A stretch of 64,000 nt of DNA. Origin: Acidimicrobiales bacterium (lineage in GTDB: Bacteria; Actinomycetota; Acidimicrobiia; Acidimicrobiales; Bog-793). This document shows positions 45,355-55,947 of the stretch, in pieces. The stretch spans positions 4,897 to 68,896 of the forward strand of contig DATGKK010000145.1 of assembly GCA_035294725.1 (NCBI GenBank), written 5' to 3'. A program made the position numbers and the translations under genes. How positions within the stretch are numbered: position 1 is the first letter of the stretch; each line of letters begins with the position of its first letter. The notes beneath the pieces are model-generated. The model made no database searches. It was not told where the DNA came from and worked only from the letters and a program-made list of their open reading frames with translations.

Positions 45355-46320
45355 ATGGCTGACGACGCTGGGGCACTGGTGAGCGCGCAGCCGGTCTTGA
45401 CGCCGCTGACGAGGAGCGCCATCTTCCTCGTCCTCACGATCGACGAGGCCGGAGAGGACGCCGTGCGCGACCTGTTGGAAAGCCTCCCTGCACTGCAGCG
45501 CACCGTCGGCTTCCGAGTGCCCGAGGGCCGCCTTGCCGTCGTGGCCGGCATCGGCTCTGTTGCCTGGGATCGCCTCTTCTCTGGGCCCCGTCCGGCCGAT
45601 CTCCACTCCTTCCAGGAGATCGAGGGCCCCGTGCACCGGGCCGTGGCGACGCCGGGAGACCTCCTGTTCCACATCCGGGCGGAGGCGATGGACCTCTGCT
45701 TCGAGCTGGCGAGCCAGGTCATGGACCGGTTGACGGGGGCGGCCACCGTGGTCGACGAGGTGCACGGTTTCAAGTACTTCGAGATGCGAGACCTGCTCGG
45801 CTTCGTCGACGGGACGGAGAACCCCGCCGGCGTTGCGGCCGAGGCGGCCGTCACCGTCGGCGACGAGGATCCGTCCTTCGCGGGTTCGAGCTACGTCATG
45901 GTGCAGAAATACCTCCACGACCTGGACTCCTGGAACGCACTGTCCGTCGAGGAGCAGGAGCGGGCGGTGGGGCGCACGAAGCTGAGCAACGCCGAGCTGC
46001 ACGACGACCTCAAGCCTCCGAATGCCCACGTCGCCCTCACCGTCATCGAGGACGAGCAGGGTGAGCAGCTCCAGATCGTGCGTGCCAACATGCCGTTCGG
46101 CACGATCGGGAGCCGCGAGCTCGGCACGTACTTCATCGGCTACGCCCGCTCGCCGGCCGTCATCGAGCGGATGCTCGAACGAATGTTCCTTGGCGACCCG
46201 CCAGCGAGCCACGACCGCATCCTCGACTTCTCCCGGGCGGTCACCGGCTCGCTGTTCTTCGTGCCGACGGTCGGCTTCCTCGAGCGGCAGCCAGAGCGCC
46301 CGACGTACTCTCCGGCGTAA
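45355..46320 (+). CDS. Dye-decolorizing (DyP-type) peroxidase
   Basis: GFVDGTENP (GXXDG), HV proximal His region AHVALT, and RANMPFG. Confidence 0.9.
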   Translation: MADDAGALVSAQPVLTPLTRSAIFLVLTIDEAGEDAVRDLLESLPALQRTVGFRVPEGRLAVVAGIGSVAWDRLFSGPRPADLHSFQEIEGPVHRAVATPGDLLFHIRAEAMDLCFELASQVMDRLTGAATVVDEVHGFKYFEMRDLLGFVDGTENPAGVAAEAAVTVGDEDPSFAGSSYVMVQKYLHDLDSWNALSVEEQERAVGRTKLSNAELHDDLKPPNAHVALTVIEDEQGEQLQIVRANMPFGTIGSRELGTYFIGYARSPAVIERMLERMFLGDPPASHDRILDFSRAVTGSLFFVPTVGFLERQPERPTYSPA

Positions 46321-46329
46321 CCTCGGCCG

Positions 46330-47532
46330 ATGACCGCCAGCGGCCCTAGGCGCGACGTCGATGTCGCGACGCTGGGTGCGGTGCTCGCCCGGCTGATCGA
46401 GCAGGCGCACACCATCCCTCCGGACCAGCTCTCGCTGTTGGCCCGAGCCGACGAGCTCCCCGGCGTGGTCGCCGTGCGCCTCTGGCTCGTGGACTACGGC
46501 GGACGCGAGCTGATCCCCTACGGCCACGACGACACCGGCAGGCTCTCAGTGGATGGCACGGCGCCCGGACGGGTGTTCGCCACCGGTGAGCCGATCGAGC
46601 TCCGCCACGACGACCGCACCTCGTTGTGGGCGCCTCTCGTCGACGGCATCGATCGGATGGGTGTGGCCGAGTTCGAGCTCGCCGCTTCGGACGAACGCCT
46701 TGTGCCCGTGCTCGCCAAGCTGGCGTCGCTCATGGCGACCGAGCTCGTCACGCGGGGCCAGTACACCGATGCCGTGACCCTCAGCCGGCGGGTCCGTCCG
46801 ATGACGCTCGCTGCCGAGCTCCAGTGGGGCCTGCTCGTGCCGGGCGCGTTCGCGACCCCGGAGGTGAGCGTCGCCGCTGCGCTGGAGCCCTCGTACGCGG
46901 TGGCCGGGGATGCCTACGACTTCGCCGAGAACGCAGGCGTGCTGCACGCGGCCATCTTCGACGCCATGGGCCACGACTTGGCCGCCACCCTCATTTGTGG
47001 GCTCGTGGTCGGGGCCTACCGGAACCTCCGCCGCAGCGGCCGGGAGCTCACCGAGATCACTGCCGCGCTCGATTCACTGCTCCGCCAGCAGGTGGCCGAC
47101 GATGGCTTCGCGACCGGCGTCATGCTCGAGCTCGACACCCGGGACGGCCAGGTGAGGTACGTCAACACGGGCCACCCGCCCCCGCTGCTGCTGCGGGAGG
47201 GTCGCCTCGTCGGCCGCCTCGAGGAGGGACGGAGCCTGCCCTTCGGCCTAGGTGACCTCGGCAAGGGGGGGGTCGAAGTGGGATCGGTCCGCCTCCAGCC
47301 CGGCGATCGGCTGATGCTCTACTCCGACGGGATGGTCGAGGCCCACTCGGCAGGGGGAGCCGGCTTCGGGGTGGAGCGCCTCGTCGACTTCGTGCGCGTG
47401 GAGCTCGCCTCCGGCCTGCCCGACACCGAGGTCGTCCGCCGGCTCATCCACGCACTGGTGGACCACTTCGGTGGCCGGCTCGGGGACGATGCGACGGTCA
47501 TGACGATCCACTGGCGGCCCCTCGCAGCCTGA
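46330..47532 (+). CDS. PP2C/SpoIIE-family serine phosphatase with N-terminal sensor (GAF-like) region
   Basis: VAGDAYDF, FDAMGHDL and MLYSDGMVEA motifs. Confidence 0.8.
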   Translation: MTASGPRRDVDVATLGAVLARLIEQAHTIPPDQLSLLARADELPGVVAVRLWLVDYGGRELIPYGHDDTGRLSVDGTAPGRVFATGEPIELRHDDRTSLWAPLVDGIDRMGVAEFELAASDERLVPVLAKLASLMATELVTRGQYTDAVTLSRRVRPMTLAAELQWGLLVPGAFATPEVSVAAALEPSYAVAGDAYDFAENAGVLHAAIFDAMGHDLAATLICGLVVGAYRNLRRSGRELTEITAALDSLLRQQVADDGFATGVMLELDTRDGQVRYVNTGHPPPLLLREGRLVGRLEEGRSLPFGLGDLGKGGVEVGSVRLQPGDRLMLYSDGMVEAHSAGGAGFGVERLVDFVRVELASGLPDTEVVRRLIHALVDHFGGRLGDDATVMTIHWRPLAA

Positions 47533-47618
47533 CCACCCGAGCCGGTCTGGTCCAGGTCGCGGCCCTGGCGGGCTCCGAGCGGGCCATCGAGGTCGGCTGG
47601 CGCCCGCCTGGACGAGGA

Positions 47619-48152
47619 TCAGTCGCCGGTCGTTCCGTCGATCCGCTCGCGGATGAGGTCGGCGTGGCCGTTGTGGCGGGCGTACTCCTCGATCATGTGG
47701 AGGTAGATCCAGCGCAGGTTCCGGACCCGCTCGGGGTGGTGCCCAGGGCTCTCGAAGGTGTCGTCGAGCAAGAGGCCGTCGGCCACCCGTCGTGCCGCCT
47801 CGACTTCCTCGTCGTAGGCCTGCAGGCAGGTGGCGGCGTCGGCATCCTCGAGGTCATCGAAGTCGGCATCTCGCAGCTCGTCGGTCGAGTAGGGCCCGCT
47901 GACCTCCTCCCGCCCGGCCACCCGGCGAAACCACCACCTCTCCACCTCTGTCATGTGCCGCACGAGGCCGAGAAGGGACAAGGAGGAAGGCGGTACGGAG
48001 CGCTCCTTCAGCTGGGCATCACTGAGCCCGGCGCACTTGTGGAGCAGTGTGAGCCGGTGGTAGTCGAGCCACGACTCGAGCGCCTCGCGCTCGGGCTCGA
48101 TGAGGGGCGGCTCCTCCCGCTCGACAGAAGGCGCTCGCCATTCGATGGTCAT
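47619..48152 (-). CDS. DinB/DUF664 (mycothiol-dependent-like) family protein
   Basis: 177 aa from the ATG at 48152. Carries LVRHMTEVERWWF and IEEYARHNGHADLIRERIDG. Confidence 0.8.
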   Translation of the reverse strand: MTIEWRAPSVEREEPPLIEPEREALESWLDYHRLTLLHKCAGLSDAQLKERSVPPSSLSLLGLVRHMTEVERWWFRRVAGREEVSGPYSTDELRDADFDDLEDADAATCLQAYDEEVEAARRVADGLLLDDTFESPGHHPERVRNLRWIYLHMIEEYARHNGHADLIRERIDGTTGD

Positions 48153-48274
48153 GGGACGAACGTACTCCTCGAGCAGGCGCCTGTTTCGCGTGGCGGACAG
48201 AGCGCGGTGGCCGGTCGTGTGTGGCCCTTCGAGGGCGGTCGGCGCGATGATCCCCCGGGACGGAGGAGGACGAG

Positions 48275-50062
48275 ATGCTCCCGGACTATGCCGAGTACGA
48301 CGAAGCGATCGGCCTCGACTGGTACGAGGTTGACCCGAACCTGCGCTTCCTGCTCGACAAGACGCTGCCGGACCCGACCGACCGCGATCTTGCCGAGAAG
48401 GTGGTCTCGGAGTACGGCGGTCTGGTCGGCCGCACGGTGGCGGCACGGGCCGAGGTGACCGACCGGCACGGACCCGTCCTCGAGCGCTACGACCGGTGGG
48501 GGCAGGACGTCGGCGAGGTCGTCCACCACCCGACCTGGCTCGAGAACAAAGCGGACCTGATCAGGGCCGGCTTCGCCGGGGGGCTCACGGCACATGCGGG
48601 CCGACCCGTGCCGGCCGTCATCACGGCGGCGATCTCCTACCTCGTCTCGCAGGCTGAGACGGCCGTCTATTGCGCCCTCGGGATGACGAGCGGTGCCGCC
48701 GACATCGTCGAGCGCTACGCCCCGAGCCACGTCCGCGACGAGCTGGTCCGGCGGCTCACCTCCCTCGACCCGCACGAGTCCTTCGAGGGCGGCATGTTCC
48801 TCACCGAGCGCCAGGGCGGGAGCGACGTCGGTGCGAACACGACGAGGGCCGTCCAGGACGGCTCGGAGTGGCGGCTGTTCGGAGAGAAGCACTTCTGCTC
48901 GAACGTCGATGCGGACGTGTTCATCGTCCTCGCCCGCCCCGAGGGCGCCCCGAGTGGCAGCCGCGGCCTTGCCACTTTCATCGTCCCCCGTCGCCTGGAG
49001 GACGGCTCACCGAACGGCTTTCGGATCAAGCGACTGAAGCCGAAGCTCGGCACCGTCGGCGTGCCGACTGGCGAGGTGAGCCTCGAGGGCGCCCGGGCCT
49101 GGCTCGCCGGAGACGAGCCGGCACCGGACGGCCCGCGGGCACCGCGCGACGCCGCTCGGGACGGCAAGGGCATCAACCGGATGATGGAGATGGTGAACGG
49201 GAGCCGGTTCGGTGTCGCCCTCATGAGCCTTGGCATCCACCGCCGCTCCTTCCTCGAGGCGGCGATCTATGCCGCCCACCGTGAGCAGTTCGGCAAGCGC
49301 ATCGACTCCTACCCGCTCGTGCGCGAGACCCTCGTCGACCTGCTCGTCGACCTCGAAGCCGGTCTCGCGCTCTCCTTCGAGTGCGCCGCTGCCGCCCGCA
49401 GCGCGACCTCGGCAGAGGAAGGGGCGCTGCTGCGCCGGATCGCGATCCCTCTCTCGAAGATCCGCTCGTGCCGGGTCGGGCTCGACTCGACCATCCAGGC
49501 GCTCGAGCTCTTCGGCGGCAACGGCTACATGCACGACTGGCCGATCTCCCGCCAGCTCCGGGATGCCCAGTGCCACACGATCTGGGAGGGGACGGAGAAC
49601 ATCTGCGCCATCGATGTGCTGAGGGCCATGCGCTCGACCGGTGCCGAGCAGGCGGTGGTGCGCCGCGTCGACCGCGCGCTCGACACCTCAGCCGGCGGCG
49701 GCGTGGTCGAGGCTCCGGTCGCGGCCGTGCGCGCCGGGCGGGACGAGCTCGTCGAGGCGATCTCCTACCTCCGGACGGCCCCGGACGACCTGGCGCTGTT
49801 GCAGCTTCGGCGCTTCTCCTACCTCATGGCGGACGTGCTCGAGGGAGCGCTCCTGTGCGAGGAGGCTGCCTGGCAGCTCCGGCGGGGTGGTGACGCGAGG
49901 AAGGCAGCGGTGGCTCGACGCTTTGCCGCCCGCAGGCTCGCCTCCCGCCCGGTGCGGGGCATCACCGACCCCGACCGGTCCGTGATCGACCTCTACGAGC
50001 CCCTCGTTCGTTACGGCCCGATCGCACCGGCCGAGCTCGACGCGGCGGCCGGATCGAGGTGA
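48275..50062 (+). CDS. Acyl-CoA dehydrogenase family protein (AidB-like)
   Basis: 595 aa with GMFLTERQGGSDVG and FGEKHFCSN motifs and a long C-terminal helical domain. Confidence 0.85.
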   Translation: MLPDYAEYDEAIGLDWYEVDPNLRFLLDKTLPDPTDRDLAEKVVSEYGGLVGRTVAARAEVTDRHGPVLERYDRWGQDVGEVVHHPTWLENKADLIRAGFAGGLTAHAGRPVPAVITAAISYLVSQAETAVYCALGMTSGAADIVERYAPSHVRDELVRRLTSLDPHESFEGGMFLTERQGGSDVGANTTRAVQDGSEWRLFGEKHFCSNVDADVFIVLARPEGAPSGSRGLATFIVPRRLEDGSPNGFRIKRLKPKLGTVGVPTGEVSLEGARAWLAGDEPAPDGPRAPRDAARDGKGINRMMEMVNGSRFGVALMSLGIHRRSFLEAAIYAAHREQFGKRIDSYPLVRETLVDLLVDLEAGLALSFECAAAARSATSAEEGALLRRIAIPLSKIRSCRVGLDSTIQALELFGGNGYMHDWPISRQLRDAQCHTIWEGTENICAIDVLRAMRSTGAEQAVVRRVDRALDTSAGGGVVEAPVAAVRAGRDELVEAISYLRTAPDDLALLQLRRFSYLMADVLEGALLCEEAAWQLRRGGDARKAAVARRFAARRLASRPVRGITDPDRSVIDLYEPLVRYGPIAPAELDAAAGSR

Positions 50063-50126
50063 CCGCCTCACACACCCGGGACCGGCCCGAAGGCCGATCC
50101 CGGGTGGGACTGCCCGAGGTGAGAGG

Positions 50127-50800
50127 TCAGTCCGCGGGGATGCCCACGACCGCCGTCTTCGGGTGGGACACCGACCTGAGCTTGGTCGCCGACCCGAAGT
50201 TGTAGACCGCCCCGTTCGATCCGACGAGCCAGTAGCCGGCGCCGCCCCGCGGGCCGATCGCCATCCCTACGACCGGGTAGGTCGGGGCCGGCGCTCGTCG
50301 CCGTAGAACTTCGCCGACCCGAAGCGGTACACCTTGCCTTCGCTGGTCGTGATCCAGTAGCCGGTCTCGGACAGGCCGCGTCCGCCACGATCTCGACCAC
50401 CTTGCCGGGCAACGGTGCGCGGCGAGCTGTAGGACTTCACCGAGCCGAAGTGGTAGACGGCGCCGTCAGCGGGCCACGAGCCAGTAGCCACGTCCGCTTG
50501 CGCCGCCGTGATCCCGACGATGGGCGACTTCGGCTTCGTCGTGAGGTGACCATGGGACTTCGCGGTCCCGCAGGCGTCGACCATCCCGGCAGCGGTGGCG
50601 AGCCAGTAGCCGTCCCCCTTCGGGGCTGCGGCGATGGCGACAACCGGCGTGGCGAGCTTGGTGGAGTGCCCCGCGTCCTTGCTGCGTCGAAGGCGTCGAC
50701 CATCCCGGTCGTCGTGGCGGTGAAGTAGCCGTCACTCGCAGCGCCTCGAGGCGGTGCGAGTGACGGCGATGCCGACGACCTCTCATGCCGCATGACCTGG
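50127..50800 (-). pseudogene. Degenerate GYW-(L/I)...DG-x-VY-x-FG repeat (beta-propeller-like) gene with multiple frameshifts
   Basis: Five repeat units are readable only across alternating frames: EVVGIAV.. / DGYFTATTTGMVDAFD / PVVAIAAAPKGDGYWLATAAGMVDACG / PIVGITAA..GRGYWLVAR / DGAVYHFGSVKSY / PGKVVEIVADAA / GYWITTSEGKVYRFGSAKFYG / YPVVGMAIGPRGGAGYWLVGSNGAVYNFG. The stop is at 50127. Confidence 0.6.
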
Positions 50801-50887
50801 TCGTTGTCGACGACGGCAGTGCCCGTCGCCGCCCAGCTCGCGGGCTTCAGCGTCGTCGAGGGCGCAGGTCGTCGGTGGTGCCGGGTG

Positions 50888-51685
50888 CTACAGCATCGAA
50901 CGCGTCTCCCAGAGGACAGGGAAGAAACGGGTCCCGAGCGTTCGCGCGAGGTACTCCACTCCGAGGCTGCCACCTGTGCCGGGCCGCCGACCGATCTCGC
51001 GTGCCGCCATCAGCATGTGGTGGTGCCGCCATCGCGCGATCGCCTCGTCGTGGTCGAGGAGTGCCTCGAACAGCTCGTGCAAGGCTGCTCGCTCGGATGC
51101 CTCGTGCGAGCGGTAGATCGCCGTGACGGCCTCGATGACGTCGCTGTCGCTCGGGGTGCCGGTGTGCCCGCTTAAAAGCCCGTGCTGGGAGAGGCACGAC
51201 ACGACGGCGTCCCAGAGCGTTGGCTCGGATGCCCGGCGGGCCAGTCGAGAGCGCGCCGCCTCGCCGTGCGCAGCGACGGCGCCCGGCGACGCTTCGACCC
51301 CTCCCGAGATGAGCTCGATCTCACGGAACTGGACCGACTCGAAGCCGGAGGCGGGTGCGAGCGGGTCCCGGAACTCGAAGAACCGGTCCGGGCTCATCGT
51401 CTCGAGCACGTCGAGATGGTGGAGCAAGAGCCGGTCGACCGCCACGGCACGGCGAACTCGGGGGGTGGCTGCCCACGGCTTCCCCGCGAAGAGCGCGCTC
51501 CTAGCACCCTCGAGCTCGTGCAGCACCAGCTTGAACCAGAGCTCGTAGGACTGGTGGACGATGATGAACAGCAACTCGTCGGCCGCGCCCTCGGTGAGCG
51601 GGCGCTGCAGTTGCAGCAGGTCGTCGATGAGGAGGTAGCCCGAGTAGTCGGTGCCCCCGCCGCTGTCGCCGGGCAGGTTGTTCAG
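50888..51685 (-). CDS. kynA: Tryptophan 2,3-dioxygenase
   Basis: DYSGYLLIDDLLQLQRP...LLFIIVHQSYELWFK...HHHMLMAAREIG...GTGGS. The start is unresolved: a CTG at 51685/51676, or the only ATG at 51856, which overlaps the upstream ATPase by 174 nt. Confidence 0.8.
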   Translation of the reverse strand: MNNLPGDSGGGTDYSGYLLIDDLLQLQRPLTEGAADELLFIIVHQSYELWFKLVLHELEGARSALFAGKPWAATPRVRRAVAVDRLLLHHLDVLETMSPDRFFEFRDPLAPASGFESVQFREIELISGGVEASPGAVAAHGEAARSRLARRASEPTLWDAVVSCLSQHGLLSGHTGTPSDSDVIEAVTAIYRSHEASERAALHELFEALLDHDEAIARWRHHHMLMAAREIGRRPGTGGSLGVEYLARTLGTRFFPVLWETRSML

Positions 51686-53883
51686 CTGCCCGTCCCGGCT
51701 CCGTTGGCGGGCCCTGCGCCGACGCTGGCGCCGGCCATCGGATCGGCTCCCTCGATCGGCTCCTCGAGAGGGAAGTGGCAGGCAGCGATATGACCCGGAC
51801 CGAACAGACGAAGGGGCGGCTCCGCCTCGGCACAGATGTCCTGGGCGGCGGGGCACCGAGTGCGGAATCGGCAGCCCGACGGCGGGTCGACGGGGCTCGG
51901 CAGCTCGCCTTTGATGCCGACGTTGCCCTTCTGTCTTTCCACGCTCGGGTCTGGCACCGGCACCGTCGCGATGAGACCGGCCGTGTAGTGGTGGACCGGA
52001 TGGCGGTAGATGTCCTCGCCCGAGCCCATCTCGACGAGCTTGCCGAGGTACATGACCCCGATGCGGTCGGAGAGGTACTTCACGACCGCAAGGTCATGCG
52101 AGATGACGACGTAGGTGAGGCCGTGGGTCTGCTGGAGCCGCTTCATCAAGTTGAGCACCTGGGAGCGGATGGAGACGTCGAGAGCGCTCACCGGTTCGTC
52201 GGCCACGATCACCTGGGGGTTGAGGGTGAGCGCCCTGGCGAGGCCGATGCGCTGGCGCTGGCCGCCGGAGAACTCGTGCGGGAAGCGCTCGACGGCGTTC
52301 GGGGGGAGTCCCACCTCGTGGAGAAGCTCCGCGATCACCTGGTCCTGCTCCCGTTTCGAGCCGACTCCCTGGATCCGCATCGGCTCTCGCAGCACCGCGC
52401 CCACGCGCATACGCGGGTCGAGGGAGGCAATCGGGTCCTGGAACATCATCTGGAGGTCGCGGCGGAAGCGGCGGAGCTCGTGCTGGCGCATCTTCGTGAT
52501 GTCGTGGCCGTGGAGCGTGACCCTCCCCCGATCGGCCTTCTCGAGGCCGACGATGACCTTGCCGAGCGTCGTCTTGCCACAGCCGGACTCGCCGACGAGG
52601 CCGAAGGTCTCCGCTCTCCCGACCGTGAACGAGACGCCGCTCACTGCCTTCACCGAGTTGACCTTGCGCTGCAGGATCATGCCGGAGGTGACCGGGTACT
52701 CGCGGACGACGTCGTCGATCACGAGAAGGTCCGCGTCGTCGGCGGCCGCCACCCACTCGCGCTCGGCCGCGGCAGGAGCCGCCGCCCCGCCGTCGGCGGA
52801 GGTCGGTGCGACGCCGTTGCCGCTGACGCGCACGTCCGTGGCACCGGCGAGGGCACTCTTGTCTCGGATCGGAGCTGCCGATGCGCCGCCACCGTCTCGG
52901 GTTCGCACGATTGGCCCGTCCACCGGGTGCCAGCTGGCGAAGTAGTGCTCGCCGCCCGCCGGCTCGAGCATGGGCTCCTCGTTGTGGCAGCGTTCGGTTG
53001 CCCTCGCGCAGCGCGGAGCGAACCGGCAGCCCGGAGGCGGATTGGTGAGGTCGGGCGGGAGCCCGGGGATGCTGTACAGGCGCTGTTCGCGGTCCTGGGT
53101 GAGGAGCGGGATCGAGCCGAGGAGCGCCTGGGTGTAGGGGTGGTGCATGTGGGCGAAGAGCTCGCGGGTCGTCGCCGTCTCGACGATGCGCCCCGCGTAC
53201 ATGACGTTCACCCGGTCGGCCCGTCCGGCGACGACTCCCATGTCGTGGGTCACGAGCAGCACCGCCATGCCGAGCCGCTCTTTCAGGTCGTCGAGCAGGC
53301 CGAGGATCTGCGCCTGGATCGTGACGTCGAGAGCGGTCGTCGGCTCGTCCGCGATGAGCAGCTTGGGGTCGCAGCTGAGCGCGATCGCGATCATCACCCG
53401 CTGGCGCTGGCCCCCGGACATCTGGTGGGGATAGTTTCCGAGCCGCTCCGCCGGCCGGGGGAAGCCGACGATGCCGAGCATCTCCGCGGCCCTGTCCATC
53501 GCCGCCTGCTTGCTCACGTGCCGGTGGCGTCGCACCTGCTCGGCGATCTGGCGACCCACCGTCATCGTCGGGTTGAGCGAGGTGAGCGAGTCCTGGAAGA
53601 TCATCGCGACCTCGTTGCCACGCACGTCGCGCATCTCGCGCTCGGAGAGCTTGACGATGTCGACACCGTCGACGTCGATGGACCCGCCGACGATGTGGCC
53701 CCCGTTCGGGAGGAGGCGCATGATGGAGTACCCCGTCATCGACTTCCCGCAGCCGGACTCGCCGACGAGGCCGAGCGTCTCGCCTGGGCCGATGGAGAAG
53801 CTGACGTTCCCTACGGCCTGAACCGTCGAGCGGGAGAGCTTGATGTGGGTGGAGAGGTCGTGAACGTCGAGGATGGGCGGCAT
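51682..53883 (-). CDS. Peptide/nickel ABC transporter, fused double ATPase (OppD-OppF type)
   Basis: Two complete NBDs ([11 protein letters not shown] / MSGGQRQR and [11 protein letters not shown] / FSGGQRQR), each with a C-terminal oligopeptide-type Cys motif (PPGCRF, PSGCRF). Confidence 0.9.
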   Translation of the reverse strand: MPPILDVHDLSTHIKLSRSTVQAVGNVSFSIGPGETLGLVGESGCGKSMTGYSIMRLLPNGGHIVGGSIDVDGVDIVKLSEREMRDVRGNEVAMIFQDSLTSLNPTMTVGRQIAEQVRRHRHVSKQAAMDRAAEMLGIVGFPRPAERLGNYPHQMSGGQRQRVMIAIALSCDPKLLIADEPTTALDVTIQAQILGLLDDLKERLGMAVLLVTHDMGVVAGRADRVNVMYAGRIVETATTRELFAHMHHPYTQALLGSIPLLTQDREQRLYSIPGLPPDLTNPPPGCRFAPRCARATERCHNEEPMLEPAGGEHYFASWHPVDGPIVRTRDGGGASAAPIRDKSALAGATDVRVSGNGVAPTSADGGAAAPAAAEREWVAAADDADLLVIDDVVREYPVTSGMILQRKVNSVKAVSGVSFTVGRAETFGLVGESGCGKTTLGKVIVGLEKADRGRVTLHGHDITKMRQHELRRFRRDLQMMFQDPIASLDPRMRVGAVLREPMRIQGVGSKREQDQVIAELLHEVGLPPNAVERFPHEFSGGQRQRIGLARALTLNPQVIVADEPVSALDVSIRSQVLNLMKRLQQTHGLTYVVISHDLAVVKYLSDRIGVMYLGKLVEMGSGEDIYRHPVHHYTAGLIATVPVPDPSVERQKGNVGIKGELPSPVDPPSGCRFRTRCPAAQDICAEAEPPLRLFGPGHIAACHFPLEEPIEGADPMAGASVGAGPANGAGTGS

Positions 53884-53911
53884 GGGCTCTTGTGGTTCTT
53901 TCGGATTCGGC

Positions 53912-54850
53912 TCAGCGCTGGCGGAGGCGGACGTCGACCGTGTCCCGCAGGGCGTCCCCGATGAAGTTGAAGGCCATCACGAGGAGCACGAGGCAGATGC
54001 CGACCGGGTAGACGACCCACCAGTACCCGTCCTGCAGGTAGTTGAGCGCGCTCGAGAGCATGTCGCCCCAGCTGAAGGCCGGGTAGTTGAGCCCGTAGCC
54101 GAGGAAGCCAAGGATGGCGAGGAGGTTGATGGCGTCGGCCACCTGGAAGGTGATGTTGACGATCACGACCCCGAGGGCGTTCGGGATGAGGTGCTTGTAG
54201 ATGAGGTGCGACTTGCTGGCACCCATCGTCTGGGAGGCATAGACGAAATCTCGGGTCCGAAGCGTGAGGACCTCGCCGCGGACGAGGCGGGCGGAGACGA
54301 GCCAGGAGAAGGCTCCGATGATGATCGAGAGGCTGAACACCGTCGCGCCGTTGTAGCTGTCGCTCACGATCAGGATGACGAAGAGGAGGGGGATGGAGAG
54401 GAGGACGTCGACGATCCGCATCAGGATCGCGTCGATGATGCCGCCGACGAGGCCGGCGACGGCACCGACGAGCGTGCCGATCACCGTCGCGATGAGCGAG
54501 GAGAACAAGCCGATCTCGATCGCGGCCTGTCCGCCTTCCATGATCCTGCCAAGCTCGTCGAAGCCGTTGCCGTCGGTCCCGAGCAGGTGCTGCGCGCTCG
54601 GCGCCTGGAAGGCGGCGAGCGGGTTGAGCGTGACCTGGTTCGTCTTGTAGATGAGCGGGCCGATGTAGCAGAACAGGATGAAGAAGATGACGATCCCGGC
54701 TCCGACCACGGCGAGCCGGTTCTCGACGAACGACTGGAGGGCGAGGCGCCACCCTGCTCGCGGCCCTTGGATCTCGCCGCCCTCGGCGACGGTGCTCGGG
54801 AGGCTCTCGAACTCTTCGACGAACTCGCCGACGCTGGTCGATACTGCCAT
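53912..54850 (-). CDS. Peptide ABC transporter permease (OppC/DppC type)
   Basis: 312 aa from the internal ATG, with HLLGTDGNGFD and the EAA-loop region. Confidence 0.85.
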   Translation of the reverse strand: MAVSTSVGEFVEEFESLPSTVAEGGEIQGPRAGWRLALQSFVENRLAVVGAGIVIFFILFCYIGPLIYKTNQVTLNPLAAFQAPSAQHLLGTDGNGFDELGRIMEGGQAAIEIGLFSSLIATVIGTLVGAVAGLVGGIIDAILMRIVDVLLSIPLLFVILIVSDSYNGATVFSLSIIIGAFSWLVSARLVRGEVLTLRTRDFVYASQTMGASKSHLIYKHLIPNALGVVIVNITFQVADAINLLAILGFLGYGLNYPAFSWGDMLSSALNYLQDGYWWVVYPVGICLVLLVMAFNFIGDALRDTVDVRLRQR

Positions 54851-54861
54851 CACGCAGCCTT

Positions 54862-55809
54862 TCAGTTGATCCGGATCCGCGGGTCGGCCACGGTCAGCGC
54901 AACGTCGGCGATGAAGTTGCCTACCACGGTTGCGATGCCGCCGAGCAGTGTGAGGGCGATCACAGTGGGGAAGTCCTCGTTGCCGAGCTCGTTGATGAAC
55001 AGCAGCCCGAGTCCGTGTGAGTTGAACAGGTACTCGACGATGAGGTTCCCTCCGAGCAGCACCGGGATGGAGAGCCCGATGAGGGTCACCATCGGGAGGA
55101 TCGCATTGCGCAGCAGGTGACGCCGGAGGACCCGCCCGTTGCTGAGTCCTTTGGCCTTGGCGAGGCGGATGTAGTCCTGGGCGAGGGCGTCGAGGCCGGA
55201 CGACCGCATGTAGCGGGAGTAGCCCGCCACAGCCGTGATCGTGAGGGTGGCGATCGGGAGGAAGTTCGCCCGGAAGGCGAGCATGTACGGGACGATCCCC
55301 TCGCTCTGGCTCGCCTCTGCCGGGAAGATGTGGAGCGTGGTGGCAAAGACCCCGAGCAGGATGATGCCGAGGAAGTTCTGAGGCATCGAGTACGCGGTGA
55401 AGGCGGCGGCGGTGGCGGCCTGGTCCCCGATCGAGTTGCGCTTCACGGCCTGGAAGACCCCGAGCGGGATCGCGATCAGGATGCTCAGCACGAGAGCAGA
55501 GCCCGACAGCCACATGCTGTGAGGCGCGTTCTCGGCGATGAGCGAGTCGACGCTCTGGTTGAGCTTGTAGGACTGGCCGAGGTTGCCGTGGAGTAGCTGC
55601 CAGATGTAGGAGGCGAACTGGTCCCACACCGGCCGGTCGTAGCCGTGCGCCTTGTTGAAGGCGTTCACAGCCGCGATCGAGGCGCGGTCGCCGAGGATCG
55701 AGCGCCCCGGCGAGGGAGCGATGATGTGGGTCATCCCGAAGGTGACGAAGGCGATCCCGAGGATCACGATCAACGAGGTGACAAAACGGCGGATGAGGTA
55801 AGCGGTCAT
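54862..55809 (-). CDS. Peptide ABC transporter permease (OppB/DppB type)
   Basis: 315 aa from MTAYLIRRFVTSLIVILGI, with YIRLAKAKGLS (EAA loop). Confidence 0.85.
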   Translation of the reverse strand: MTAYLIRRFVTSLIVILGIAFVTFGMTHIIAPSPGRSILGDRASIAAVNAFNKAHGYDRPVWDQFASYIWQLLHGNLGQSYKLNQSVDSLIAENAPHSMWLSGSALVLSILIAIPLGVFQAVKRNSIGDQAATAAAFTAYSMPQNFLGIILLGVFATTLHIFPAEASQSEGIVPYMLAFRANFLPIATLTITAVAGYSRYMRSSGLDALAQDYIRLAKAKGLSNGRVLRRHLLRNAILPMVTLIGLSIPVLLGGNLIVEYLFNSHGLGLLFINELGNEDFPTVIALTLLGGIATVVGNFIADVALTVADPRIRIN

Positions 55810-55947
55810 CTCTGCATCACTCCCTCCGACGACGCCGACCGCACGTCCGCACGGGAAGGATGCTAGGCCGAACCGGACGGTCCGTGCCCAGCACCCTTCC
55901 CGGCGGGTCACCCACGCCCTAGCGGGCGGGGTGCTCGTGCTCCCCGG

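Noticed and set aside
45355-46320. DyP peroxidase as cargo of an encapsulin nanocompartment.
   Set aside because: There is no encapsulin shell gene next to it (the next gene is a PP2C phosphatase), and the C-terminus (..FLERQPERPTYSPA) lacks the usual targeting-peptide pattern.
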